NCBI RefSeq assembly: GCF_009834535.1
Contig: NC_045698.1
Span: forward strand, 11,162,001-11,222,000
Source: Camelus ferus
Lineage: Eukaryota
DNA: 60,000 bases
Direction: 5' to 3'
In this document: positions 1-12,040 of the stretch, piece after piece
Layout: every line of letters begins with the position of its first letter
Numbering within the stretch: position 1 is the first letter of the stretch
Position numbers and translations under genes: made by a program
Notes under the pieces: generated by a model
Seen by the model: only the letters and a program-made list of their open reading frames with translations
Database searches by the model: none
Told to the model about the DNA's origin: nothing

Positions 1-24
1 TTTGAGCATTGGCTCATCTAAATC

Positions 25-180
25 GTTCAATTCCTTTATTAATCTGTTTAGCCAGCAGATACTTATTAATCTCCTTCTATCTGTCAGCACCCGGCTTGGC
101 CTGCCCATGAGATAGAGTGGTGAACAAAACATTCACTTGTCCTCTGGGATCCAGGGTCTGGCGAGAAAGCTGGGAGAGTA
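25..180 (-). mobile_element. L2 LINE 3' end fragment (degraded)
   Basis: cagatacttattaatctccttctatctgtcagcac...gagatagagtggtgaacaaaaca resembles the antisense L2 3' terminus. Confidence 0.55.
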
Positions 181-184
181 TACA

Positions 185-325
185 TACAGTAGGGGGTTAC
201 TGGTTAAGCAGCTTTGGAACCAAACAGCCTGAGTTAGAATCTGGGTTCTACTACTTGCAAGACGGGTGACCTCATTAGAACTTCATTTTTAAGGGAGCTA
301 AGTTGGTGTCTACCTCACGTGCTAT
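185..325 (+). mobile_element. MIR SINE fragment
   Basis: tggttaagcagctttggaaccaaacagcctgagttagaatctgggttctactact resembles the MIR head. Confidence 0.6.
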
Positions 326-893
326 TTCACACTATTTTGAAATTCTCCTGATTTGGCCCAGTAAACTGGTGGATTGGCTTTGAGGAAATTCTGCCAGAAG
401 CTTCAAAAATTGGAAAAAAAAATTGCTTTTGGAATTCATTTTTTAAAACAGGAAATTCCTGTCCATAGCTAGAAGAAGTTGTCACACGAGCAGCATTAAG
501 TTCTGCTCTGTTTATCCCTCTTTTGGACAATCCCTTTAGATCTGTATTTGATGGAGGGAAATTAGAATGTGGTTTATATTTTTGTCAAGTTTCCATTTTT
601 GAGTTCTAATTGCACGAAGGATTGGAAAAAGGGTTGAGCTGTTGTTTGTTTGTTTGTTTGTTTGTTTTTTTAAATAATGGCAAATCTGGACTTTCCTCTG
701 AAGTAGAGAAATCTGGTGTTTGTGTGATTTGAAGACAGACCTGGTATTAATAGGGAGTAACATTCTGATTTGTAGTTTTCTGGGCCATTTCCTAGAGTAA
801 CTGACTTTTTAATGGTTCTAAAATTGGTGGGGCAAATCCCATCTTTTGAAGAATTCTCACTTCAATGTAAAATACCATTCATACACACAAATC

Positions 894-913
894 GTGTGTG
901 TGTGTGTGTGTGT
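894..913. repeat. (GT)n microsatellite
   Basis: directly visible. Confidence 0.95.
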
Positions 914-1484
914 GGTGTGAATGTATACATGTACTTTATTGTTACTATTTTAAAAGTCATAAGATCAAGTTCTATGCTGTGTGTCAGGTTCTGGCATGTT
1001 TATTTGCTAGGATTTAGTTTGTCTGCCAATGTCCAGTACGACAGAGATTGACAAATGTAGCTGAATTAGACAGAGGGTGGTACAAAAGTAGTGATCAGGT
1101 TTCCTGAAGGGTAATATTTGCTTTATTTAAAATGTCTGATATTTAACCAAGAACAAAAATACCTCAGTTTTGTCCCATAAGCTTTTTTTTCTTTTCTTTT
1201 CTTTTTTTTCTGTAAATGAAGAGAAAAGCAGTATCCTTTTTAAAGAAACTGGAGAAATATAATTTAAATTAGAGATCGTTTTGTTTCTTTAATGATATGG
1301 TATCTGCCCTACAGGGGGATGTGATGTGCTCTTTCTCATGTCAGAGAACCCCACGTGTTAAAGCCAGATCAGACTCTAGAGATGGCTTAGTCCAGTGTAC
1401 TCCTTTGAGGTTTAAAAGCAGCTCAGGTATGGAAAAAGGTGTCACTTGAAAAAGACTTGTGCAAAGTTGCCTGTGAGGTACAAA

Positions 1485-1720
1485 GGGAGCGTGATGACTA
1501 AGAGCACAGACCTGGATGCCAGACTTCCTAAGTTTCACACTGGCTCTGCCAGTTACTAGTCATGGGATGTTGTGCAAGCTTCTTAATGTCACTGTGCCTC
1601 AATTTCTGCATCTGGCAAATGGAGTCAATAGCCGTTCTTCCCTCCACGTTGTCAGGGAGTGGATTAAGTTAGTAGAGAGAAAGTTATAGTGCCTAGCACA
1701 TACATAATGACCAATGCTAC
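1485..1720 (+). mobile_element. MIR SINE, near full length
   Basis: actaagagcacagacctgga...ctggctctgccagttacta...ctgtgcctcaatttctgcatctggcaaatgg (core)...atagtgcctagcacata. Confidence 0.8.
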
Positions 1721-1892
1721 TTTTTGTTTTTGGGTTTTTGGTTTGACTGTTTTTTTGCTTGTTTGGTTTTTTTGGGGGGGCAGTAATTAGGTTTATTTAT
1801 TTTTAAGGAGGTGCTGGGGATTGAATCCAGGACCTCATGTATGCTAGGCATTCATTCACTCTACCACTGAGGTGGGTATACCCACCTCCCCA
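1721..1892 (-). mobile_element. Camelid tRNA-derived SINE (Vic-1-like)
   Basis: ggggggcagtaattaggtttatttat...ggtgctggggattgaatccaggacctc...ctctaccactgag; antisense A-rich tail; TSD aatgctac at 1713-1720 and 1893-1900. Confidence 0.8.
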
Positions 1893-2848
1893 AATGCTAC
1901 ATTTTGATTTACTATAACCTGCATTTCATCAAGTCTGAGATGCATTGGGGCTGCTGCCTTCTTGAACTTGGGATATATGACTAGAAGTTTTCACAAAATT
2001 ACAATGTGCCACAGTGATTTTAAGGTAATATTTGTTGTAAGGTGAAGGTGTTAAATGGGCAGTTGGGGTGGCAGTGGAGCTTAGAGTAGGTTAAATAGGA
2101 TGCTCTATGATTGTTATTACCATGATAATTATTTAACTGATTTAAGGCAGAGTTGGAATCAGACGCTGTGTCCTAGTCTAGCTCTTAGTCTATTATTCTA
2201 CATTGTACGTCTGGGCAACGTTTATAAACTACAGTTTTAAACACTTTCACTTTGGGAAATAAAAATTTTAGCTGTTTATTCTGAGCACACAGAGTCCCCT
2301 CCTCTTTGGATAATATCATTTAATTTAAAACTGTTGCAGCACTTAAGTTTCGCAGTTTCAAGTCCTAAAGGACAGGCTGAGTGCGATGCCCCTTTCTTAC
2401 TGGAAAAAGGAAGAAAAAGAGAAACACCCAAATTTGCGTGCAAGAGGGAGCCTCCTCTCTGCAGGTGCTTGCAGGCTAAGGGGTGATGGGCTGGTGTATT
2501 CCCCTCTATTTGTTACTGCTTTGTATCCGAATACGTTAAATCTTGAAACAATGATAACTTGCTTTGTGCTGAGGGAAGATTTGGATTCACCTTTTAATAG
2601 CGATTAGAAAATACTGTTTTCATTGCTGTTAAAGTTTGTCCAACAATGGAGACAGGAGCATACAATTCCGATTACTAATAAACTCACCCTGGGGCAAAAA
2701 CCAAGTACAACCTGTCTATGTAAATCCCTCACCTGAGTGCTTGAATGAGGGCTGTTGCGAGTACCCTCAGGACTTTGGGCCAATCACTTCTGTTTGGTTT
2801 GCCTCTTCATGGCCATTGTATTATTTGTCCTACTCTAGGTGGCTTATT

Positions 2849-2972
2849 TTCCCTCCACCTCTCTCTCCCCCTCCCTCTCCCTCATCCTCGGTTCCCCCTC
2901 CTCACTTGCCCTCATCCCCTCTGCCGGCCCCCTCTGGTCCCTATACCGTCCCTTCATTTCTGTCTCTCTCCA
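2849..2972. repeat. C/T-rich low-complexity tract
   Basis: strongly pyrimidine-rich; source of the Pro/Ser/Leu-rich spurious ORFs. Confidence 0.85.
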
Positions 2973-3618
2973 AAGTTTACATTTGACTGTTGTCTCTGGG
3001 CAATCTGCCCAGTTTGGTTTATTTGTTTCTCATAATTGTATTCAGAGCCTCAGCTACATGTTTCAGATGGCTGTTTCCCGTGGCATCTGTCTCCTTTCTA
3101 ACACAGTCTTTTCTCGGAGTTTTGCAGTATTTTACAAATATAAATGCAAACGTGACCTCTCCACGTGGAGTTTTACAAAACGAGTACCCCAGTCGATCAG
3201 AAGATGTTCCAGAAATCTTGAAATTAAGTTTTACTGTCCCAGATCTTGGTGCAGTGGAACAAAGATGGTAACTTCTTGGTTGGCCTGATTGTTGCTAACT
3301 GCTTTGTATTTGTCTCTCCAACAAAAATAATCTGCTGAGTTTAGTTTTATGGAAGAGAAATGTATTGATGATAGTGTGAAAGAATCCCAAGTGTCCTTCA
3401 TGTTGAAATATAAGCTGGTGTCAGCTTTAAAATGACAACCCTAAACACTTCATCCTGCAGTCTCAGCCCAACATCTATTTCGGCTTTGAGAAAATTGCGG
3501 CCTTCTTGTTGCTCTGTTACAGTCTAGCAAAAAGCTCTGGGCTGTAAAATACTGATATTTCTATCATGATAATGGGTCTTCCTAATTGTTGTACAGTCAC
3601 AGTTTTACATGTTCTAGA

Positions 3619-3810
3619 TACTGCATTGCCCAATAAAGCAGTAACTGGCAACTAGTTTTTAATTAACTATAGTGAAATACAACTAGAAATTCGGTTCTGT
3701 AGGCACACTGGCTGCACTTCAAGGGCTGAGTCTCCCCACGTGGCTACCACGTTGGGCAGTGGAGATAAAGAACAGTTCCATCACGAGCAAGTCCTGTTGG
3801 GCAGTGTTGT
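3619..3810 (-). mobile_element. MER3-like hAT-Charlie MITE
   Basis: tgcattgcccaata...ccacgtggctaccacgttgggcagtggagataaagaacagttccatcac...ctgttgggcagtgttg. Confidence 0.7.
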
Positions 3811-3859
3811 CACAGGGGATGGAAGTTAGGGTAAATGGTACCAACAGGTTGATTTCACT

Positions 3860-4296
3860 GAATTTGCTGGGCTAAAACTAAGCTGCTTTAACAAGGGACT
3901 ATAAAAATACAGTAAATGAAGGAATTTAAAGAGATTTATATAATATCCAGATGGGACATGCATGGTAAGTCATACTGGGATATGGTTCTATCCATCTTTT
4001 GACCCATCAGTCTCATGGCATTATGTGCACCTGTGTGTCCCAGTTTACAGGAAGAGCAAAAAGAACTCTGGTGCAAGTGGCTTTCTTACTGGTTGAAAAC
4101 AAGCCAGACATCATAACATCACTTTGGTTCACAGCCTGTTGACCCAAACACACATCCTTTGAGCCACACATCGACACCTTGATGCAGGTGAGGCTCGAAA
4201 ATATGGCCTTTAGCTTAGTGGCACGTGAGCAGCTTTGACTCTGACTGTGGAAGACAGAAAGAATGGATTTGGGGGCACAGTCAGCAGTTTTTACCA
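3860..4296 (-). mobile_element. Old MaLR LTR (MLT1-type)
   Basis: aagctgctttaacaa...catcactttggttcacagcctgttgaccc...agaatggatttgggggcacagtcagcagtttttacca. Confidence 0.55.
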
Positions 4297-4777
4297 GAGT
4301 TAATGCTTAATGTAGAGATATGATATTTAAGGTGACGGTCCATTTGCCATCATTAATTTGGATGTTAGGAGAGATGGACATGTGGATTTAATTTAGATGG
4401 TGCTTGACTCTCAGCATTAACAATGTCATCACTTAAGCAAATATGGATGTAAAATTCCAGTAAACCAAAGCAGAGTGTTTTACACAGCTGGTTTTATTCT
4501 AAGTCACCTGAGTGTGTGGTGTGGCTCTTTCTAGATTCTTGTGGGAACCACTGAGCTGTGACTCTCTGTGTTTGTAGTCCTTGGTGGATTTGGGGATTTA
4601 GAAGAAATGAATGCTCTTGCTACTCTAAGCAGAAGTCTCCGCTAAGGCAGTGAAGTATACTTTGAAGGAATGGATTTTACAGTCCGTTAGTGTGAGTAAA
4701 TGATGCTTCCTTAAGAGACGGAAGGGCTTGTTTCTATAATAAATCGGTCAACCTCTTTTAGAGAAGCCAAAGACATT

Positions 4778-4833
4778 CTTTGCAAATTAGTGGAATTATA
4801 GTTTCCTTTGCAAATTAGTGGAATTATATTTTC
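4778..4833. repeat. 28-bp tandem duplication
   Basis: ctttgcaaattagtggaattatagtttc / ctttgcaaattagtggaattatattttc, one mismatch. Confidence 0.95.
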
Positions 4834-5429
4834 CTTTCCTTTTAGAATCAAAACGGGAGCTGTCTTTGTGCACCTGTGGGTGTGATTTCTCTCCTACTTG
4901 CTGCTGCTGACCCTCCTCTCTCTTAACCCAAACGTGCTGGGATTATGAAGTCGTTCGAGTATACTCTGGCGAGCTGGTGTTACTATCAGGTGTAGCGTGG
5001 AACAGTAACTCACGCAATTGCATTGATTGCTGTGGGTCAGTCAACTTCCACTTTTACTTATTGTCACCTGCGGGTTGAATTTTCTCTCTTCTCAGACGGT
5101 GTGTTAGACTCTGTCCATTGATCATAGGAGATCAAGTTACAATATAGGGAACCTTCAACTCACCTTTTTCCATTCATCTTTCTGCAGCTATTGTACATTG
5201 TAACTTACGTCCTGTCCCATGCGGAAGGGACAGGAGAGGCCTCGGGCCAGTGGAAAGGGAAGATGTCTGGGTGGGATGTTTGGGGGACCCATGCTGACGG
5301 CTACCCCCAGCTCCAGGAACCTGTGATGTTTGCCATCTGTCCCACTAGGTTTAAAACTTGGGAATGTCAGGGATTTCTAACACTGTGTAGCTCTCCGCAG
5401 AAACTTCTCTTTGTAACATACATGTCTGT

Positions 5430-5640
5430 CATCTCACAGTTTGAAACCTGGCTCTGCCTCTTATGAGCTCTGTGACCATGAACCAGAGAAATAATCTCCC
5501 AGGCCTCAGTTTCCCCAGCTTTAGAATGAGAATAGCAGCAACTAGCTCAGAGGCCAACTGTGAGATTTTTAAATGAGTTAAAAATTCCTACGGTCAGTTG
5601 GAAGCTCCTGTTGAAGGCACTTTTTAACTGGTAGCTCTTC
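5430..5640 (+). mobile_element. MIR SINE
   Basis: gtttgaaacctggctctgcctcttatgagctctgtgacc...ggcctcagtttccccagctttagaatgagaata. Confidence 0.75.
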
Positions 5641-6011
5641 TCCGTATGTACTCAATTTAGGCACATCTTTATGTAGAAAAGTAGAAAAACTGTCTCTCTT
5701 GCAAAAGGAACACTGAAGAGGACACCTGTCTTCCAACTTTTTTATTTTTCATATAGTTACTAATGAATGAGTCGGACCTCATCCATTTAAAAAAAAAAAT
5801 CCACAACAATGCTTTCCTTTTATCATGGTACTTTGAGAAGGAGACCCCACCTTCTCTGGAATGTTCCAGTCATAGTTTTCCATTTTGCATATGAGATCAT
5901 TGAAGCTGGTAAAGTGCTGTCGCCTGTGCACAGGTCCAGGGGTCAGTTACCGAGTTGTACCTTAGCCCAGTCATCTTGCTTCCCAGTAGAATGCTTTTCC
6001 TTTGTGCATTG

Positions 6012-6014
<3 letters not shown>

Positions 6015-6059
<45 letters not shown>
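6015..6059. repeat. (TG)22 microsatellite
   Basis: directly visible. Confidence 0.98.
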
Positions 6060-6061
<2 letters not shown>

Positions 6062-8223
6062 ACATACTGCATATACATCCAGACATATATACATCTGTAG
6101 ACAAAGACTCTATTGTGTGACAGAAGGCCCAGGGGACAGAAATCATCACAGGCATCGATACAGGAGTCGTCCCCGGAATGGGATAAGAAGGGACTTTTGA
6201 ACAGTTTGGGTTTCGCCAATCTGGATCGCACATTAAAAATTCTAGCCTATCAGCATCTCCCTGACTCGAATCTGTTAACAATCCCCTCCCTGCAATGTAT
6301 TGCACAAGGTCATTTGAAATATTAGAAGAGTGTTAGAACTTACATGCTCCCTGCTGTTTAGGAGCCTGGATGCCTAGGTTTTGAGTTTTGTAGAGGCGAG
6401 GACACCCATACTTACACAAACACGGTCATCAGTTCTGAGCATGAAGTCACCCACCAAAACGTGAAGTACTGCTGTGTGTGCTTGTTGGCAATGAAGTGGA
6501 GGTGATGAAAGAAGCTGGGGGGAGGAATGAGGTCATCTGCGGTGGGTAGGGCAGAGGAGGGACTCCTGATCAGGGAGCCTGGGTTTGGGGTTACCATGGA
6601 AAGTCAGAGGGACTTTGGCTTGGCAGAGGGGATGGGCAGCTTTTCTTGCCAGTGGGAGTGCGTGATGTGATAGGGTGACATTTGGGAGTGAGCTCCTTGG
6701 AGGGTATGGCAGGCAGGGCTGGTGGGCTGGAGCAGGGATCTTGGGCACAGAATACCCGAGAAGAGTTACCCTATTTACCTGTGAGCAGATACTCTCCCGA
6801 GAATTCTGTTAGCCCATTTGCTCACGCCTTGCCTGGGGAGAAAAGCTGCATGCCTGTTTGTGGGAAAAAGAATTCCAAAGGCATCTTTTGGCCCTTAAAG
6901 TTTTGGTTAACATCCAGTCCAGGGAAGAATGATCAAGAAGCCATTTAATCAGTGTAAAACAATGAGTATCTCATGTCAGAATCTCAAAACAATTAGGGCC
7001 TCTTTATTCAAAACAGACCTGGGACGCTCCCAGGAACAGGGCGGGAGCTTGCTGCTCCACTAGAGGGAAGCCTGCTTAAGAAAGACTGCACCCACAAATA
7101 GAAGAGGAACATTCCTGCATAAAATCAGACTCTAAATGCAGTCAGTGTGAGCATGTTGTCGTGGGGGATGGGAAACCTCATAATCAGATCTAGACTAAGA
7201 GAGTTAAGGGGCATGGAAATGTACCCTCCACTTAGACCATCCTGGGCCAGTTGCTTTCTGGGGCCCATGAGGCTCGTCTATGCCAAGGAAGGAGCGTAGC
7301 CTTCCTAGAAAGTACTTGAAGCTACTGTAAACTGCCTGGAGTGCTTACAATGCCTGGGCTCTCAGCATCAGCCCTGGGTTTATTTCAGAATGACTCTCCA
7401 TTCTTTCAGGGTTGGGTGGAGCTGTGCTAAATCTTGCTAATTATTCACATGGCTGTAGTTCGGTTGGTTTCTTGACTTTTACACGTGTTGGTTGTCCTAA
7501 ACTTGGTAGATTGTCCCTAGTCTAGGTATACTTAGACTAGAAAAAAGGACAGTGTTTTGCATTCTTCATTTTCAGGCTTTTATTTTTATTTTTATATTTT
7601 TTTGCCTTTAAGCTGCCTTGAGCTTCAAGTAACTCAAAAGTGAGGTGAGATTCTTGGAAAATAAACATTCATCAGTAATGTGAAGTATAATAAAACTATT
7701 AGGTCTATCTATACACTTTCCCACTTTAATCATTATATTCTAGGATCACAATGTCTAAATTTAATTTATAATAGCTGGAAGAGTCAATTGAGGAAGAAAA
7801 TGGAATATCCATGATGGTTATTTTTTCTTGTTATCAGCTTGAGAAAGTATAAAATATTTATCTCTATGAGTTAATCAATACAAAAGATTACCTTCTAATA
7901 TTATTAGGCCATAATGATTTTTAAATTCAGTTCATAAGACATGAAAGCTAATATGGTTATCGTTGCCACCTGGTCAAATGTATGTAGACAGAATTTCCCC
8001 TTTTACCTGAAAAGGAATTTCTCTAAAATGTTCTCACAGATTTACTACAAAACTTTTAGAGGATATAGCTAAGCAAAAAATATAAAATTACAATCACCAT
8101 AATCTTACTACCCAGAGAAAATCACTGTTAACATTTAAATCCATTTCCTTCCAATTATATGGTTCATAAGCTTTATTCAGAGAAGTGTTTTTAGAAAACA
8201 CTTAGAATCTTAGAGTTGCAGGG

Positions 8224-8669
8224 TGTCGACTGACAAAAAAATGCATGACCTAAAAGTTGAGAATTAGGTTTTATTCGGTGGGCTTCTGAAGGACTTGAGC
8301 CTGGAACACAGCCTCTCAGATGACTCTGAGCGACTGCTCTCAATTGGTAAGGGAGGAGCTAGGGCATTTAGGAATTTTTGCAACAAAAGCCAGGTAGTTG
8401 GAACTTTAAAAGATTACTGTTAATTAAAGCAAAACAGATGTATCAAGTTCACTGGAGTTAGTGCTTTTCCATGTATGGAAAGATGTAAGAATCTTGGTTC
8501 ATGAGATCATTCCTTTGACATGCACCTTAACATTCTAGGGCCAGTCTCCTGCATTTCTCCATCCTGAATCCCTCAAGGTGCACAGTTGGGGGTGGCCACA
8601 GTGGCTGCTGGCTTGATGGCTGCAACAGCCTTTGTTTACTGATAGGACAGGCCACCTTTTTCATCCACA
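8224..8669 (-). mobile_element. ERV1-class solo LTR (MER41-like)
   Basis: TG...CA ends; 4-bp TSD aggg/gggg; antisense AATAAA near 8270; homologous to 36056-36544. Confidence 0.85.
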
Positions 8670-8976
8670 GGGGGATCCTTAATCATCTGGTCCAACCTCT
8701 TATCCAAGAAGGAATGTCTTCCCTACTACCTTAATTGGTATATATACAGTACTGTGACTCTCAAATTTCTCCTGTTTCAAGATGCTTTGCATGTCAGTGC
8801 AGATCTGTTTGAAGGGTGGAATGGTTCTCATTCTTCGGGTATTCTTCACTGAGACAAAATCTGTTTTCTTGCAAATTTCATCTGATGCTCTTCAGACATA
8901 GCGTTCTACTGGGGTCCTTCTCTGGATAAATGTTTCCCTTTCCTTCTGTTTATTCCTGTCTCCTCCTCATGGCTTT

Positions 8977-9451
8977 TATTAAATAAAAATTTATTCATGA
9001 CACTTGTTAAAGAACTGGAAGGCAGGAGGACTGTCACGGTAGGTGCAGGGAATCACTGCAGTGGGGCTTTGCAGCAGGGAGAGAAATGGGCTCAACTCCC
9101 GATACCACAAGGAGATGTGGAAATTTTCAGTCCAGGGGCAGGATGGGGAGTCAGTGGATGGAAAATTACTGAGGGGAAGCATTACTGACAGGAGTGGGGG
9201 GTTCTGGCTAGCCTCCCTCACAAGATTTTTGCTGAGGGCATACAGGATGACCAGTCATCACCTGGGGGATGGCAGGGGATGAAGAATTTGGTCAGATACG
9301 GAAGGTGGGTGATTCTTGCTAAAATGACGTAACAGGATTCTTGTTAAAATTTGGCAATGCAAAGAAGGACACAGGTCTGAAAGTCAAGGCTTAGTTAGGA
9401 GGAGGGTTCAAAGGAGCCTAACTAGCGTTTGGTCAAGGAGAGAATCTTTCA
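8977..9451 (-). mobile_element. ERV1 solo LTR (MER31-like)
   Basis: ends ...gtttggtcaaggagagaatctttca (antisense MER31 start); perfect TSD cttt at 8973-8976 and 9452-9455. Confidence 0.8.
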
Positions 9452-9877
9452 CTTTGAAGGACACGTGGCAGGCGTTGGAGAGGAAAAGCCTTGGGGACCT
9501 TGAGTATCATATTACGATTGACTAAGAGGGAAACAAACTTCTGTGTGGACCCCAGAATTTTGTTTTCCCTCATCTACTTAGGACATAGTTTCTTTAACTT
9601 TCATGGTCCCCAGACTATATGTCCAGGGCCCTGTTTGGTGGAGTTGAGCAGGACATTTATGATCTGGCTCCTCACCTCTCCTCACAAAGTAACTCTCACA
9701 GAAAGGATTGGAATCCCCAGGCTAAATGTTTTAACTCAGCATCTTTAACTTTTTCAAAGGCAGGGTTGCAAAAATATTACTTTTCTCCTGTGCTTCCTGT
9801 ACTTTCCTTCTTTATGCCCAGTTTCCTCTTTTTCTTATTTGCATCAGTATGTGAAGCATCCCTGTCCCAGGTGGTGA

Positions 9878-10310
9878 TGTAGTTACTATTGGTTGGCTAC
9901 AATATCCCCGTTCCCAGCTGTCATGCTAATAGAAGCCCAAATTGGGGTGATGGTGTGCCAAATAAAGTAGTTTCCCTAGACTCCATGACTGGAGTAGCTT
10001 CATGGCTGCTGTAGCCAATGAAATGAAATCAGTATCTCTGGGATTTCCGGGAAAGCTTAGTTAAATTTGTGATGTCTGGAGCTGTAGCAGCCATCTTGCA
10101 GCTCTTAGGTAATATGCATGGTGATGAAATCCAGTGTGCTCAGGAAGCTGGAACAGAAAGAAACTACCTTGTTCCCTGATTGCAGTAATGAGTAGTTGAA
10201 TTAATGCTGGCTATTCCTGACCGCCATACTTTGTGTTATGTGAGAAAAATAAACTCTTACTAGTTTAAGCCATGTTTAGTGAGGTTTTTCCTTGTGTTCT
10301 AACTGATACA
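9878..10310 (+). mobile_element. MaLR LTR (MLT1J/K-like)
   Basis: tctggagctgtagcagccatcttg...ttatgtgagaaaaataaactcttactagtttaagcca...ctaactgataca. Confidence 0.75.
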
Positions 10311-10599
10311 GATGGTTTACAAAACTGTCAACCATCTTGGTTGCCCTTCTCTGTCCAGACTCCATACTGTTGATGTCCCCCCTAGAACACAGAAGTAGAG
10401 TAGGGCACTGTCCTATAACTGTTGCCTCTTATTGTCGGGTACCTAATGGGACCCAATAACACATCTGTTGGGTGAATTTATTACTAAATAAACCTGTGTG
10501 TCCATTAACGGATCCTTAGTGTGTGTTCTTTGAATTTTTTTCATTACTTAAACACATGATTGGGTTATATTGGAGTTTGGCTCAACTTAAGCTTACAGA

Positions 10600-11130
10600 G
10601 TTCTCAGGTAAGCAGATTGTGTCAGAGGTCCCTAAGACTACCTTCAAGGCTCAATAATTCACAGGACTCAAAAATTATTATACTTATGGTTAGTTTATCA
10701 CAGTGAAAGGATACAGATTAAAATCAGCAAAGGAAAAAAGGCTCATTTGTTTAAGTCCAGGAGAAGCAGGGCGTAAGCTTCTAAGTGTCCTCTCCCAGTG
10801 GAGTCACATGGGGTGTGCCTGATTTTCCCGGCAGTGATGTGGGACAACGCGTGCGAAGTATTAACAACCAGGGACACTGACTCTAGCCTTGGTACCAACC
10901 TGGAAGTCTCCCCTGAGGCTGAGTTTCTATTGGGGGTCAGTCATGTAGGCATACAGCTACTCAGATTTCAGATTCTTGGAGCAAAAATAGGCACTCACCG
11001 TAAATAAATAAATTTATCTGGTCATGTTAGTCTGGAATGGCTCAAGGTCTCAGGAATACAAAAATACTCTTAACAGGCAGAATATTCTAAAGGTTCAGAG
11101 GCTACTTCCTAGGAGCCAACCCAGGGGCAG
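10600..11130 (-). mobile_element. MER21-like LTR fragment
   Basis: gtccctaagactacc...cacagtgaaaggatacagattaaaatcagcaaagg...gtcctctcccagtggagtcacatgg. Confidence 0.75.
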
Positions 11131-11849
11131 ACATAGATAAGTAGTAAGTGGATAAAACATATATACATAGAAAGGAACCAAAAGCAAGAGCATGCAAGTA
11201 TTATGATCTCTGAGTTGTGACATACATGATTTATTCTTTCTTAATCATACTTTTAATAATTTTCTGAAATTCGCATTAGAATAAAGAACTATTACAATAA
11301 AAACATTATTAAATGTAGTTGGTGATGTGGTGACTTTGTAATGACATGAAATGCAACTCTAAAAAAAGCTAATTTCAAGGTTGGCTAATAGATCCCTGCT
11401 GGACAGCAAACTCAGCATTTTCAGGAATGTACTGGTGGTTTGGAATGGTTAAATGGGACTGGCTCTGGGGTGGAGGCAGATTGGCTGGGGTCACATGAGG
11501 GTTTGTGGGAGGCCGAAATGGTCACGTGTCAGTAAATCCTTTTTAGTCTGCGTGTTTGTTATAATGCCATTTTCATTTCAGTTTTAGGAGTTCACAAGAT
11601 TTTACCTCATCTAGCCCAGTTTTCCTTAGTTACCTACCCTTTCAACTTAATCAGTCATAGTTTATGGAAGCCTACTGTGTACCTGGCACTAAACTGGTCT
11701 TTGTATGCTACCATTCCCCCCCTCCTCGTCCTGCCCTCCTCCACCTTTTCTAGGACATAAACTACATCAAATTTAATTTACCTGCCTCCTGTTGTTGCCT
11801 TCCTCTATGACATGAAGTTATACTCAAAGACACTCTTTGTTGGTCTTGT

Positions 11850-12040
11850 TGGCTTGAGGTCAAGATTGTGCGATCTTTGATAAATTACCAACCCCCCTAG
11901 ACCTTGGTGTCTCCAATCATAAAATGGAGGTACTTTTAGTAAGAATATCATAGCTTCTGTGAGATGATGTGTCTTGTATAAAATGTTAACATACTGATTG
12001 ATATATAGTGAGTACTAAACCAACGTTATAACTGGTTTGT
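11850..12040 (+). mobile_element. MIR fragment
   Basis: accttggtgtctccaatcataaaatggagg...catagcttctgtgag. Confidence 0.5.

Noticed and set aside
1800..1890. tRNA-like A/B box sequence (also 31750-31825)
   Set aside because: These are SINE heads with tails and flanking duplications, not tRNA genes
2636..3288. Pro/Ser/Leu-rich ORFs
   Set aside because: Produced by a stop-free C/T low-complexity tract
5809..6305. CVCV/HTHT-repeat ORFs (also near 33284, 38859, 48225, 55747) and the RERE ORF at 46856
   Set aside because: Translations of dinucleotide microsatellites
7613..7644. Possible 32-nt exon (tttaAG...GAG|gtgaga)
   Set aside because: Weak AAG acceptor, frame-shifting length and no other support
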